From: Eledone cirrhosa | Taxonomy: Eukaryota | NCBI GenBank assembly: GCA_964016885.1 | Contig: OZ024761.1 | Coordinates: 4,154,001 to 4,218,000, forward strand | Length of the DNA stretch: 64,000 bases | Direction of reading: 5' to 3' | In this document: positions 63,642-64,000 of the stretch, piece after piece | Position numbering within the stretch: position 1 is the first letter of the stretch | Layout of the letters: each line of letters starts with the position of its first letter | Program-made: the position numbers and the translations under genes | Notes under the pieces: model-generated | Seen by the model: only the letters and a program-made list of their open reading frames with translations | Told to the model about the DNA's origin: nothing | Databases searched by the model: none

Positions 63642-63911
63642 TTATATATATACACACACACACATATATATACACACACACACATATATACATATCTACT
63701 TTCCCTGCTGACGATATTGGACAGGTTGGTATATTAAGGCACGGCTTTTATGGCTGGTTGCCCATCCTAATTCCAAATACTTTACAAAGTGGACTGTGCG
63801 TATTTTATCATGGCACCAGCATTAACAGACTGGGCTTCTCACAGCCTCCATTAGCATTTCACTTGCAAAGCAATAGTCAGGCCGAGGCAATAGTAAAAGA
63901 CACATGTCCCC

Positions 63912-64000
63912 CCACCATGATGACAACCTACCACCCGGATGACAGTCTACCACCCCGATGACAACCTACCACCCCGATGACAACCTACCACCCCGATGAC
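63912..64000. repeat. 19-bp minisatellite (ACCCCGATGACAACCTACC)
   Basis: At least 4 copies, running off the window end. Confidence 0.85.

Overview
Repeat-dense eukaryotic (animal) genomic DNA. The SINE, LINE and microsatellite make-up looks like a cephalopod (octopus-type) genome, which is an inference. Only one host gene is supportable: the last two coding exons of a TBL2-like WD40 gene on the minus strand (61057-60871 and 48939-48903, ~11.9 kb intron). The rest is mobile DNA and its derivatives: several RTE-clade LINE families, Tx1/L1-clade fragments, one decayed autonomous Helitron plus non-autonomous derivatives, tRNA-derived SINEs, Penelope-like fragments and many minisatellites. Main observations: (1) one RTE group carries a C4HC3 PHD-type finger inserted inside its RT; (2) six hammerhead-ribozyme-like motifs (three canonical, three variant or degenerate) lie in Penelope/retrozyme-like repeats; (3) large satellites were born from inside transposons, including a 70-bp array with a 1470-bp higher-order period; (4) a SINE tail is a chimera of two RTE families; (5) elements appear to insert preferentially into microsatellites. 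Most long ORFs in the supplied track are artefacts of simple repeats. Boundaries of decayed repeats are approximate.
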